Position numbers and translations under genes: made by a program. From contig JAWCQO010000005.1 in assembly GCA_038869735.1 (NCBI GenBank), positions 7,538 to 71,537 of the forward strand: 64,000 bases of DNA. The letters are read 5' to 3'. Source of the DNA: Candidatus Anstonellales archaeon. Its GTDB lineage: Archaea; Micrarchaeota; Micrarchaeia; Anstonellales; CG1-02-47-40. Under the pieces are notes generated by a model. The model saw nothing but the letters and a program-made list of their open reading frames with translations. It did no database searches and was not told where the DNA came from. Positions 55,559 through 64,000 of this stretch are shown here, piece by piece (the first letter of the stretch is position 1; each line of letters opens with the position of its first letter).

Positions 55559-56137
55559 TTGAGTTTTGAGGTTGGAAGAGCTATGGTAGGTGAAGTCAAC
55601 AAGGAAGGGATCTTTGTTTTTAGGGTTGGGCATCGTGTTGGTAGGGACGAGCGCGCCAGCACCCACCTTTTTTTAGCTGCTCGAGCGCTTGGTGCCACGG
55701 GAGCGTATTATTCTGGCCAAAGGGATTGTGAGTTGGAGAGTAGATTGAAGAGGGTTGTGGGGAGTTGGGGTGGGCATTTCTTTTTAGAATATGTTGGGGA
55801 AGGTTGGAAAATGTTTTTGGATAGGTGGAAGAAAATAGGGGGGACAATCGTTCACTTAACTATGTATGGTGAACGGGTGGGTGATGTTTTAGGAAGTATT
55901 GGTGACCGGCGTCCGTTGTTAATTGTTGTCGGCGGTGCGAAGGTGTCTTATGAGGTTTATGGCAAAGCTGACTTTAATGTTGCCATAGGAAATCAGCCTC
56001 ATTCTGAAATTGCCGCGGTAGCTATATTTTTAGACAGGTATTTAAAGGGTGAGTGGGAGGCGTTTGGTTTTGAGAAGGCAAGGATTAAGATCGTGCCATC
56101 AAAAATGGGAAAAAAGGTAATAGAATGTAAAAAATAG
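55559..56137 (+). CDS. trm56: tRNA (cytidine56-2'-O)-methyltransferase aTrm56-like (SPOUT)
   Basis: FVFRVGHRVGRDERASTHLFLAARALGATGAYYSG resembles the aTrm56 N-terminal signature. Confidence 0.6.
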   Translation: MSFEVGRAMVGEVNKEGIFVFRVGHRVGRDERASTHLFLAARALGATGAYYSGQRDCELESRLKRVVGSWGGHFFLEYVGEGWKMFLDRWKKIGGTIVHLTMYGERVGDVLGSIGDRRPLLIVVGGAKVSYEVYGKADFNVAIGNQPHSEIAAVAIFLDRYLKGEWEAFGFEKARIKIVPSKMGKKVIECKK

Positions 56138-56198
56138 ACATAGATATTTATAATAGTTATTTATAAAGCTTTTTGCTTGTTTAGAAATGGGTGTTTAA

Positions 56199-56858
56199 AT
56201 GAAGAATATTAAAAGGGATAAGCGCCGACGGACCGCTAAGATAAGGGGCAGGGTTCGTGCGGTGAGTAAAAAATTCAAAAGTAATGGTAGGGGAGTGAGT
56301 GTTAAGAGAGTTGGTGGTTTGAAGGTAGTAAGAAATAAAACTAAAAAAGGTTTGAAGAAGGCAAGTACAAAAAAATTGCAAAAAAGTTTGGTTTATAGAA
56401 AAAGAATGGAGCTTCTATCAACCGCTCTTAGTAGGCAAAAAATGATTGAATTGGGTGGTGAGGAGGCAATTAAAGTTATAAGTGCATTTTCGAAAGATAT
56501 GTCCGACGAAGAGCTTGCAAAGAGAGCTGAGGTAAGGATTTGTGATGTTAGAACGGTTTTGAATCGTTTGCATGCTGTTGGTTTAGTTAGTTATGTTAGG
56601 AACCGAGATCAGTCAAGTGGGTGGTATACGTATATATGGAGAATTAATGACGATCTTTTTGAAAGGTTTTCAAATTATATGAATATTGGTGGTGGAGAGG
56701 GGGGAGAACAGACGCAGAATTTTGAAGGAGAATACTACTGCTGCAGGCGTTGTGGTACAGGAAGTTTAATTAATTTTGACGACGCTTTTTCAAAAAAATT
56801 TATCTGTAGTTGTGGTGCTCCGCTTGAGTATTTTAAGCGTGATAGAGATAACTTATAA
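56199..56858 (+). CDS. tfe: Transcription factor E (TFE/TFIIE-alpha homolog). The wHTH plus Zn-ribbon core probably starts at the Met at 56406; the longest ORF adds a 69-aa Lys/Arg-rich N-terminal extension.
   Basis: MELLSTALSRQKMIELGGEEAIKVISAF...EELAKRAEVRICDVRTVLNRLHAVGLVSY. The Zn ribbon is CCRRCG...CSCGAPL. Confidence 0.7.
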   Translation: MKNIKRDKRRRTAKIRGRVRAVSKKFKSNGRGVSVKRVGGLKVVRNKTKKGLKKASTKKLQKSLVYRKRMELLSTALSRQKMIELGGEEAIKVISAFSKDMSDEELAKRAEVRICDVRTVLNRLHAVGLVSYVRNRDQSSGWYTYIWRINDDLFERFSNYMNIGGGEGGEQTQNFEGEYYCCRRCGTGSLINFDDAFSKKFICSCGAPLEYFKRDRDNL

Positions 56859-56862
56859 GTAA

Positions 56863-56969
56863 AGCGGGATGGGGTAGTTTGGAGTGCCCGCTGGGCTCAT
56901 AACCCAGAGATCGGTGGTTCAAAGTTCTGGTTTTTATGGAAACCAGAAATGAAAGTCCACCTCCCGCTA
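56863..56969 (+). tRNA. Initiator tRNA-Met (CAU) with a non-canonical T-loop intron (about 56922-56955)
   Basis: A1:U72 acceptor AGCGGGA/UCCCGCU; three G:C pairs in anticodon stem CUGGG-CUCAUAA-CCCAG; T-stem GGUGG/CCACC split after UUCAAAG by a hairpin-forming insert. Confidence 0.8.
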
Positions 56970-57812
56970 CTTCCACTAATCAAATATACGTGGTTGGTTT
57001 TCTGTTCTCTATTTTAGTCAAATATTATTGATTGGTTCTTAATCAGATATGGTTGGTTCTCTAATTGTTTGGTTTGGTTGTTGTTTGTTAGTCTAGAAAT
57101 TCTGGGTTCTTTTTCTATTTTGTTTTTTGGTTGTAGTCTATTTATAAAGTAAACCTAAACTATTATTAATATTTTATGTAACTATAGTTACATTATGTTA
57201 TTATATTTCTACGATTTGAAAGCAAAAGATTTAAGACTATATAATAACATAAAACGCCGATTTTATTACGAACTATCAACATCAAAACTCACACAAGCCT
57301 TTTTTAGAACAAAATCCGTCTTAGTAGTTCCAGATGAATTAGAAACGTATGCAGATAATTTTTTTAAAAAATATTCAGAATATCTAGAAGTTTACAAAGC
57401 TCGAACACGCCTCATCCTTCAAATAAACTAACTCCGTATTCTCAACTACACATAACATATAAACAACAACATATAAACAACAAGCGCAGTTTCTAATAGA
57501 ATAAACAAAAACAGAAATCACAACCAAACCCAACCAAACACTCAACAAATATCCCAACTCGCCCATCTATTAAAGCTAACAAAAACTATACTCCTTCTTT
57601 AATTATTCCTTCTTTAATTATATTACCTTCTTAAATAAACAAAAAATTAATTATATTACCTTCTTAAATAAACAAAAAAAGCAAAACAATAAATTATAGT
57701 TCAAAGTACTTAGTTAAGTATTCGGCGAGACACTACTAGACACTAATTAATTGGTAGGTGTTAAACAACTAAGTAGGGTTAAAACAATTAGTGGAAGCGT
57801 CCCCCCACACTA

Positions 57813-58073
57813 TTATAAACTAGCACTCCCCCCAGCAGCACTTTTTGATACAACAACCACATCTTCAATAGACCGAACACTTTTAAACAAAACACTTCGA
57901 TCTCTAAGTATTTTTTTTGCTTCTTCTTTTGATACGACATTTAATGGTTCCATAGTAAGACGGACAACTTCTCCTGCCTCTAAATCAATAATAATATCCT
58001 GTACCTTACCAAGAAATCTTCCTCCATCAGTGTAGATATCCATTCCGTATATTGATGAAAGCGCCATGCTCAT
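57813..58073 (-). CDS. PRC-barrel domain protein
   Basis: GMDIYTDGGRFLGKVQDIIIDLEAGEVVRL fits the PRC barrel pattern. Confidence 0.5.
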   Translation of the reverse strand: MSMALSSIYGMDIYTDGGRFLGKVQDIIIDLEAGEVVRLTMEPLNVVSKEEAKKILRDRSVLFKSVRSIEDVVVVSKSAAGGSASL

Positions 58074-58192
58074 GTTAAACCACCCTAATCTCTCTACTCA
58101 ACACCTATTTAAAAACTTATTCCTAAAAATTTTCATCCCATTTGTAGATTCAAAATACAGACTTCAGTTATTGAAGCCAAAGGAGAATAAAA

Positions 58193-58804
58193 ATGAAAGG
58201 GTTTTTTACATTCTTCTTAATCTTTGTTTTTACTTTCTTACTCCTACTTATTTCCACATCACGACCAACCTATCAAACAAACCCATACTTAAAAATAAAC
58301 ACTTTGGCAACAGAGAAAATAGCATTTACCTCTTCCAATATACGTCAAGCATTTGTTAAATACCTTTCAAAAAATATGCTCCCAATCTTACTGGGGAGAG
58401 TATCTCCAGATCCAGAAACGCGCGCAATTTCAGAAGCAAGGCTTCTAACACTTCTCTCCACATTTGAACTTATCGCCGAGAATAATGATCTTCTTAATAT
58501 AGATTTATGGTGTGGAACAACTCCTCATACTGAGCTTAACCAAATAGCCCTAGAATCAACAAAACAACGAAAACCAATTAAATGCCAAAACTGCTACGAC
58601 CTATCCGCACCAATCTGCACTAATTATATCAAAACCGACCTATCATCGAAAACAGCGCAACTTTCCAATTTTCAACAAAATCCACTTATTTTTGGTGGTT
58701 TTGGTTTAACAATCTGTTCTAAAAAAGGAGAAATCTGTAACGTATCTAAAATTCCCCAAGAGCTGGTGATACATCTTGAAAGCGCAGATCTCGATGGAGG
58801 TTGA
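58193..58804 (+). CDS. Pilin-like protein with a short N-terminal signal (MKG then hydrophobic), candidate class III signal peptide
   Basis: MKGFFTFFLIFVFTFLLLLIS. Confidence 0.45.
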   Translation: MKGFFTFFLIFVFTFLLLLISTSRPTYQTNPYLKINTLATEKIAFTSSNIRQAFVKYLSKNMLPILLGRVSPDPETRAISEARLLTLLSTFELIAENNDLLNIDLWCGTTPHTELNQIALESTKQRKPIKCQNCYDLSAPICTNYIKTDLSSKTAQLSNFQQNPLIFGGFGLTICSKKGEICNVSKIPQELVIHLESADLDGG

Positions 58805-59093
58805 GCTCTCTCTTCTCATACTCACAATACTCATACTTTTCTTTATCAACACAGCTACCATTCACATATCCTCCATAATCTTAGCTCAACGGCAGCTCAC
58901 CACTGATTTCATGGTTGAAGACGCAGCAGAATATGTTGGCGCCTTTGCTCTGCTACCAGGAATATCCTATACACGAATCTTACCTCCAATAAAGACAAAC
59001 ATTACTGATATCTGGTTAAACAATTCTAGAACAAAGAGCATAACACCTATATTTAATGGGCGGGTGTTATCTGATGAAAAAGAGCGCGTATAA
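58776..59093 (+). CDS. Type IV pilin-like protein (class III signal peptide)
   Basis: MKA followed by QISMEVELSLLILTILILFF: Gln at +1 and Glu at +5 after a KA cleavage site. Confidence 0.55.
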   Translation: MKAQISMEVELSLLILTILILFFINTATIHISSIILAQRQLTTDFMVEDAAEYVGAFALLPGISYTRILPPIKTNITDIWLNNSRTKSITPIFNGRVLSDEKERV

Positions 59094-59499
59094 CCATAAT
59101 TACCTAGGCTTCATGACGCTAGAGCTATCCATCTCCTTTCTACTTGTGCTGCTGAATTTTATGGCATTCGTTCAATATTGTGATAAAATATTAGCTGTAG
59201 ATAAAGATATTTTGGACGAATACACCAAACTTCGTAAGATCTCTGATCTATCAACATTCTTAGTAAAGAAGGGGCTTGTTGAAGAGCATCCCACCTATTA
59301 CAATACACACATCCTCTCCCCAACAAAACTATCCATAATCGAGCAACTCCAGGAAGATGCGCTAAGCCAACTTAACCTCAACTCAGTAAAAATCTATATC
59401 TCAACAACTCCCCCACCAGAAAACCAACATCGCATCTGCGTAACTCGCATCGTCCTTCTATCAAACAAACCATCAACCCTCATTGTGTGTGGTAATTAG
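59056..59499 (+). CDS. Type IV pilin-like protein (class III signal peptide)
   Basis: ...NYLG followed by FMTLELSISFLLVLLNFMAF: Gly at -1, Phe at +1, Glu at +5. Confidence 0.5.
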   Translation: MGGCYLMKKSAYNHNYLGFMTLELSISFLLVLLNFMAFVQYCDKILAVDKDILDEYTKLRKISDLSTFLVKKGLVEEHPTYYNTHILSPTKLSIIEQLQEDALSQLNLNSVKIYISTTPPPENQHRICVTRIVLLSNKPSTLIVCGN

Positions 59500-59872
59500 T
59501 ATGCTTTCATTCGAAGCCTTATTCTCATACATGACACTCACCTCTATCATCCTCCTATTACTTCTTACTCCCACCCCCCAACCAGACTACTCCCTTCAAT
59601 CATACAATCTACTTTTAGACATAATCACTATACTTGAAAAATCTTCAGCTATTGAAGAAATCATAACGAACGCACCGAATCCCAACGTAAAAAACAAGCT
59701 TGATGAGGTTACTCAACTCAGTGGATTTTGCTTGACAATCGAATCATCATATATTAATGTATCTGGATGCCACAACCCAAGCCCGGAAATCTACTCTGAA
59801 AGCGCCATAATCATAACAAAAGAACAAACACCACTCACAATTCGTTTCTCACTACAAAAAGAAAAATTTTAA
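59483..59872 (+). CDS. Small protein with an N-terminal hydrophobic helix (possible minor pilin)
   Basis: MLSFEALFSYMTLTSIILLLLL. Confidence 0.35.
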   Translation: MCVVISMLSFEALFSYMTLTSIILLLLLTPTPQPDYSLQSYNLLLDIITILEKSSAIEEIITNAPNPNVKNKLDEVTQLSGFCLTIESSYINVSGCHNPSPEIYSESAIIITKEQTPLTIRFSLQKEKF

Positions 59873-60189
59873 ACAAACAAACCAAAACTTACAACATGCA
59901 CATCTCAAAAAGATCTCTTATAACCTACTTCTCAAAACTGGGCATAACCATAATTAAAGACCCCAAAAACCCCTCCATCTTTCTTGTTTACCCACCAGGA
60001 AAGCCTCATGAGGAAGAGACAGCCAAATATCTACTCCTAATCCCTGATAAGGCGTACATTCAATTTACAAAACTCAACTATTTTATAAATATAGCAGGAC
60101 GCCTTCGCAAGGGCCTCCTCATCCCAACTTCTCAAAAACCACCATTCAATTTTGTGTTTGTGCAAAGAATAACCAAGTGGTAATGAAAG

Positions 60190-60714
60190 ATGACCTATTG
60201 TATCAAATGTGGAAGGCTAACTGAGCCTTGGGATTTCGCATACTACGCCCGCGACTTAATGTGTATCCCCTGCTATAAACAATACATCGACTCAGTAAGA
60301 AAGATGCGTTGTGCACTATGTGCCATTCAGATTTTACCCGAAGATGTGGTTTATCTCAAAAAAAGGCCACTATGCAGGCAGTGTTATAGTGAAGAAATTG
60401 AACGCATCACCACAACATCATGTAGGGGGTGTAAACGAATAGTCAAAAAATACGAACCCAGTCACAAACTTCCTCAAGGCGGCATCCTTTGCGACGATTG
60501 TTTCAGGAAAAACGCCATTAAACTTAGAGCAAGAGAATGCTATCGCTGTTTTGCACCTCTTGGGCCAAACAAAAAGATTTTAGGAGACGAAGTTCTTTGC
60601 GGCGCATGCTATCTAGAAAAAGTAGAGTTCAATTCACTTAAAAACAAATTTCTCTCAACAATCCGTGCAATATTATCAACACAAACCCTTCCAGCAGACG
60701 CCGGAACCGATTAA
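60190..60714 (+). CDS. Multi-zinc-ribbon protein (at least 7 CxxC pairs)
   Basis: CIKCG, CIPCY, CALCA, CRQCY, CRGCK, CDDCF, CYRCF, CGACY. Confidence 0.5.
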   Translation: MTYCIKCGRLTEPWDFAYYARDLMCIPCYKQYIDSVRKMRCALCAIQILPEDVVYLKKRPLCRQCYSEEIERITTTSCRGCKRIVKKYEPSHKLPQGGILCDDCFRKNAIKLRARECYRCFAPLGPNKKILGDEVLCGACYLEKVEFNSLKNKFLSTIRAILSTQTLPADAGTD

Positions 60715-60819
60715 AAACAAAGAACTCTTCAACATCAATTAAGGCAAACCTAACCACTCTAATATTCACAAAAACATCAAAGAGTATTCAAAAAATCAAA
60801 GCCATAAGAGAAATCAAAC

Positions 60820-61800
60820 TCATTGGCGCTTAAACATCTTTATAACATAATCCAGAACATCAGAGTTTGCGTACCTTTTACAGACAAAAACTCGTTCTTT
60901 CCCTCTTCTATGGTCTCTCCAAATACAAAATTCAAGAAGAAATTTTTTCAAACTATTCTTATGCTTTTTTTTGAGCTTCTCGTAAGCTTTATTAGCTATT
61001 ATCTCCACCCCCACCCTACACCGTTCCTCATCATAAAGCTCTGGTCGCATCTCATTAGCCAACCACAATGCTTCCTCAGGATGGCTTTCCAGATACCTAA
61101 ACAACATCTCCCTAACAGAAGCTTTAACCACCTTACCTCTACCAACACCAACGGCAACTGCCCATTTTTTATCAACTGCAGGATCAACATCAGAACTGTC
61201 AATAGCCCCCACAACTGCCTCCTCTTTCTTTAAAAGAAGAAGCGTTACAAACAACTCACTATCAACATGCCCAGTACAAAATTTACGAAGAGTGTTAATA
61301 ATCTCAAAACATTTATCTTTCTCACCAACCATAATTAGAGGGCTAATTTCACCCATAATAACCCCCGCGATTTTCTCAACAACCACTCTTTCATTATCCA
61401 TATTACTTACTTTCTCTGTAGACCCGACTCCCTTCTCAAAAAAATCTTTCCAAAGTCCCAATTGCCCAACTTCTACTACCGGTCCGTAATCCCTCCATCC
61501 GGACCGCTCCAGTACCTTCCCTTCTCCTTTTTTTGATACGTTGAGCTCTCCTACTTTCTTAGATACAAGAGATAATGCAGAAAGAAGTCGCTCCCTGCTA
61601 AACTCAGACAAAAATCCTCTCAAAAAGACATCCCCAAGCCTTCCAAGAGCAATCCATTCTAAAAAATTGAACGATTCATCAGCCAAACCAGTTAAACTCG
61701 CCCCACCCCCTTTCTCCAAGTTTGATTTACTAACAACACTTAAAAAATCCACAAATGTCCCACCTATTGTCTTTTTGCATTCTTCATATCTTGGATACAA
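60820..61800 (-). CDS. Hypothetical protein (326 aa)
   Basis: ORF; no family call. Confidence 0.45.
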   Translation of the reverse strand: MYPRYEECKKTIGGTFVDFLSVVSKSNLEKGGGASLTGLADESFNFLEWIALGRLGDVFLRGFLSEFSRERLLSALSLVSKKVGELNVSKKGEGKVLERSGWRDYGPVVEVGQLGLWKDFFEKGVGSTEKVSNMDNERVVVEKIAGVIMGEISPLIMVGEKDKCFEIINTLRKFCTGHVDSELFVTLLLLKKEEAVVGAIDSSDVDPAVDKKWAVAVGVGRGKVVKASVREMLFRYLESHPEEALWLANEMRPELYDEERCRVGVEIIANKAYEKLKKKHKNSLKKFLLEFCIWRDHRRGKERVFVCKRYANSDVLDYVIKMFKRQ

Positions 61801-63152
61801 CTCTCAAGCTCAACTCCTCCCTTCCACATACACCTCCCTTCAACACACCCACATCCACCAAATTTTGAATAGCAAGCATACTCTGGTCGCATCTCACAAG
61901 TTGTTATTGTATCGTTTTTCCCTACCCTTACACACAACTGTCCGGAGCAACCAGCAACAACACAATCCATGTCAACAACACATTCAGGTTTAAAATAATC
62001 GCGACATTCTTGTGCAAGCTTGCTGTCAACAATTCTATCACAATAATCAACCTTCCCGCTTCCAATCGCAACTTGCCCCCAACAATCGTCCTTCATCTCA
62101 GATACAAAATCACATAGCTCGGCTCTTCCACCAGAACTACCAGCCAACGCCACATAACACTTATCTTTTCTATCTTTACTCCTAATCCGCTCACAATACT
62201 TTTCATCATTATTCACTATGCCCCTATCATAGTAGCAGCGGTCTTTTTCCTCATGCCCAACAAATTTTTCACACCCAATATAATTGTCTAATCGCTTGAG
62301 TACGGCTAAAAACATCTCCTCAACTTCTAATTCATCTACTAAAGTTTCGGGAGCTGCAACTTCAATAACTCCCTTAGTAAAGTTCTTTACAACTGATATT
62401 GATGAGCGCTGCTGGCCACCCACTGGCAAATATCTCATCTCATAATAAATCGGAATTCCGTCCCCTCCAAGACACATCACCCAACTAAAATTAGAGAAGT
62501 GGGTAAGCGCAGGACTCGTAGCAGACATACCCAAAATAGCCAAATCCTCAACAGACAGCTTTCTATAATCTATTGCATACTCCAACTTCTTACAGCTACG
62601 CCCTTCATATTCCCTCTCCTCAATTTCATTAGTAAAGTTTAACACTCCCTTCTTTATAAGAAATCCGAGTTTGTCTCTCTCCTTAGCCGCAACTAAATCA
62701 AAAAACTGATTCCTCTGGTTTGAAAGAAAATCAAGTAAAAGATTGCTTGAGTTCGGGCGCGCACATTTCCTTATCTCAGAATAATTTATACATACATATT
62801 CATTCCACCCATCAAAATACACGCTTCTCTTAGATACAGCATCCTCTATCAAAACAAATCTAAGACTTCCATTGCGCATAATTATTTTTTTTTGAGGAAG
62901 TCCAATAGATTGCTCTTCATATTCTATTGTATACTCATCCATCTTTCCTAGTTTATCATACGCATCCAACAACAAGCGAGCCTGAGCAGACATTGCGGTG
63001 CTCCCGCTATCCCCACCCAACCCATCACGCCAACCAAAATATATTGTGAGGAGTACGCCAATCAATACAGCTAACACAAGTAAAAGAATGAGAAAACTAA
63101 ACTTCGGAGTTCCCGTTGTGCCAGATTCCTTCACCACAAAAATCCCCAGCAA
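61764..63152 (-). CDS. N-terminally membrane-anchored extracellular protein with a Cys-rich C-terminal module
   Basis: N-terminal TM FSFLILLLVLAVLIGVLLTIYF. C-terminus ECRDYFKPECVVDMDCVVAGCSGQLC...CGCVEGRC. Confidence 0.5.
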   Translation of the reverse strand: MLGIFVVKESGTTGTPKFSFLILLLVLAVLIGVLLTIYFGWRDGLGGDSGSTAMSAQARLLLDAYDKLGKMDEYTIEYEEQSIGLPQKKIIMRNGSLRFVLIEDAVSKRSVYFDGWNEYVCINYSEIRKCARPNSSNLLLDFLSNQRNQFFDLVAAKERDKLGFLIKKGVLNFTNEIEEREYEGRSCKKLEYAIDYRKLSVEDLAILGMSATSPALTHFSNFSWVMCLGGDGIPIYYEMRYLPVGGQQRSSISVVKNFTKGVIEVAAPETLVDELEVEEMFLAVLKRLDNYIGCEKFVGHEEKDRCYYDRGIVNNDEKYCERIRSKDRKDKCYVALAGSSGGRAELCDFVSEMKDDCWGQVAIGSGKVDYCDRIVDSKLAQECRDYFKPECVVDMDCVVAGCSGQLCVRVGKNDTITTCEMRPEYACYSKFGGCGCVEGRCMWKGGVELESCIQDMKNAKRQ

Positions 63153-63183
63153 AAGTTCCTACTCTATTTTATAACGCCTACAC

Positions 63184-64000
63184 TTAAATCTTTCTCTTCA
63201 CCAGATACTCCGCAAGCCGGATCAGCTTCCTCTTAGCAGGACAATCTCTAATCAAACTAAGTTTTTTATATGCGTCTTCAATCATTCTCGTCTCAACACG
63301 CTTGGCATATTCTATGCTCCTGTATTTTTTCATTATCTTAACAACCCAAGATACGCTTTCTTTGTCCCCCTTACAGGAGTCAAGAATTTCAATCATTTTT
63401 CTTCTTTCTCCAGGGCTCGCCTTATTCAGGGCGTGCAATACCATAAGTGTTCGCTTACCCTCCCTAATGTCACCTCCAATTTCCTTTCCATAAATTTTCT
63501 CAGAACCTGTAATGTTGAGAATATCGTCCTGTATTTGAAATGCCATCCCAATTTTCATCCCAAACTCATAAAGCCCCTCAGTCTGTCCTCCACTCCCACC
63601 ACCAATAATCGATCCAACCTCACAAGAACCAGCTATAAGCGCCCCGGTCTTACCTTTCACCATTTCAAGATAATCATCCTCACCAATATCCCAAATCTTG
63701 TCCCGATGCCACCTAAGCTCTACGGCCTGGCCCTCTAAAACCATAGTAAATGCATGATGAAGCCTTCTTTGCACTTCTAACTGAACCTTCGGCACAACAT
63801 CGAGTTCCAAAACAGCTTTCCACGCCATCATAAAAAGCCCATCACCTGCATTTATGGCTATTGGCAATCCGTGGCTTATGTGAAGACAAGGCTCCCCTCT
63901 CCTCATCTTGGAGTTGTCCTCTATATCATCATGTATGAGTGTGAAGTTATGGAACAATTCAATACAGACTGCTGCAGGGAGAGCATCCTCTCTCTTCCCA
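63184..64000 (-). CDS. idsA: Polyprenyl (geranylgeranyl) diphosphate synthase; the 5' end is beyond the window edge
   Basis: The frame stays open to the window end, reading ALPAAVCIELFHNFTLIHDDIED(x)RRG (first Asp-rich motif) and FQIQDDILN (second motif). Confidence 0.8.
   Translation of the reverse strand, partial: GKREDALPAAVCIELFHNFTLIHDDIEDNSKMRRGEPCLHISHGLPIAINAGDGLFMMAWKAVLELDVVPKVQLEVQRRLHHAFTMVLEGQAVELRWHRDKIWDIGEDDYLEMVKGKTGALIAGSCEVGSIIGGGSGGQTEGLYEFGMKIGMAFQIQDDILNITGSEKIYGKEIGGDIREGKRTLMVLHALNKASPGERRKMIEILDSCKGDKESVSWVVKIMKKYRSIEYAKRVETRMIEDAYKKLSLIRDCPAKRKLIRLAEYLVKRKI

Noticed and set aside
1-64000. Search for 16S rRNA, 5S rRNA, RNase P RNA and SRP RNA
   Set aside because: No region showed their conserved primary-sequence hallmarks on either strand. 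They are presumably encoded elsewhere.

Overview
This window is an archaeal chromosomal segment. The markers are aIF-2/eIF5B, TBP, TFE, an L7Ae-S28e-L24e ribosomal operon, archaeal-type GlyRS, Nop5, the L21e-RpoF-DUF655 cluster, aTrm56, DRG GTPase and PheT. Gene packing is dense on both strands. The window holds an unlinked 23S rRNA gene of about 3.0 kb (about 13425-16460, + strand) with no adjacent 16S or 5S. It holds six tRNA genes. Three of them (Ala, Arg, initiator-Met) carry a non-canonical intron in the T-loop. Ala and Arg also carry the canonical 37/38 intron, and Glu carries a short canonical intron. The standout feature is a 14.5-kb, seven-gene, translationally coupled operon on the minus strand (16686-31162). 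It encodes six paralogous polytopic membrane proteins that share a conserved 5-TM C-terminal core and display variable cysteine-rich ectodomains with DUF4215-like CGNGxxDxGEECD repeats. The seventh gene encodes a 1431-aa secreted cysteine-rich giant protein. I could not assign this family from sequence alone. It looks like an undescribed cell-surface apparatus, and the repeated-paralog layout is loosely reminiscent of tandem VirB6 or FtsX-like permease expansions. A VirB4/HerA-like ATPase module lies 12 kb away (42142-45125). A cluster of type-IV-pilin-like genes with class III signal peptides (58193-59872) lies in a compositionally distinct AT/CA-rich segment next to tRNAi-Met. Other oddities are an 86-bp tandem triplication across the Nop5/phosphoesterase junction, an A8 tract where a -1 shift fuses two ORFs, lysine-rich tails on several housekeeping proteins, and a recurring GT-rich intergenic motif.
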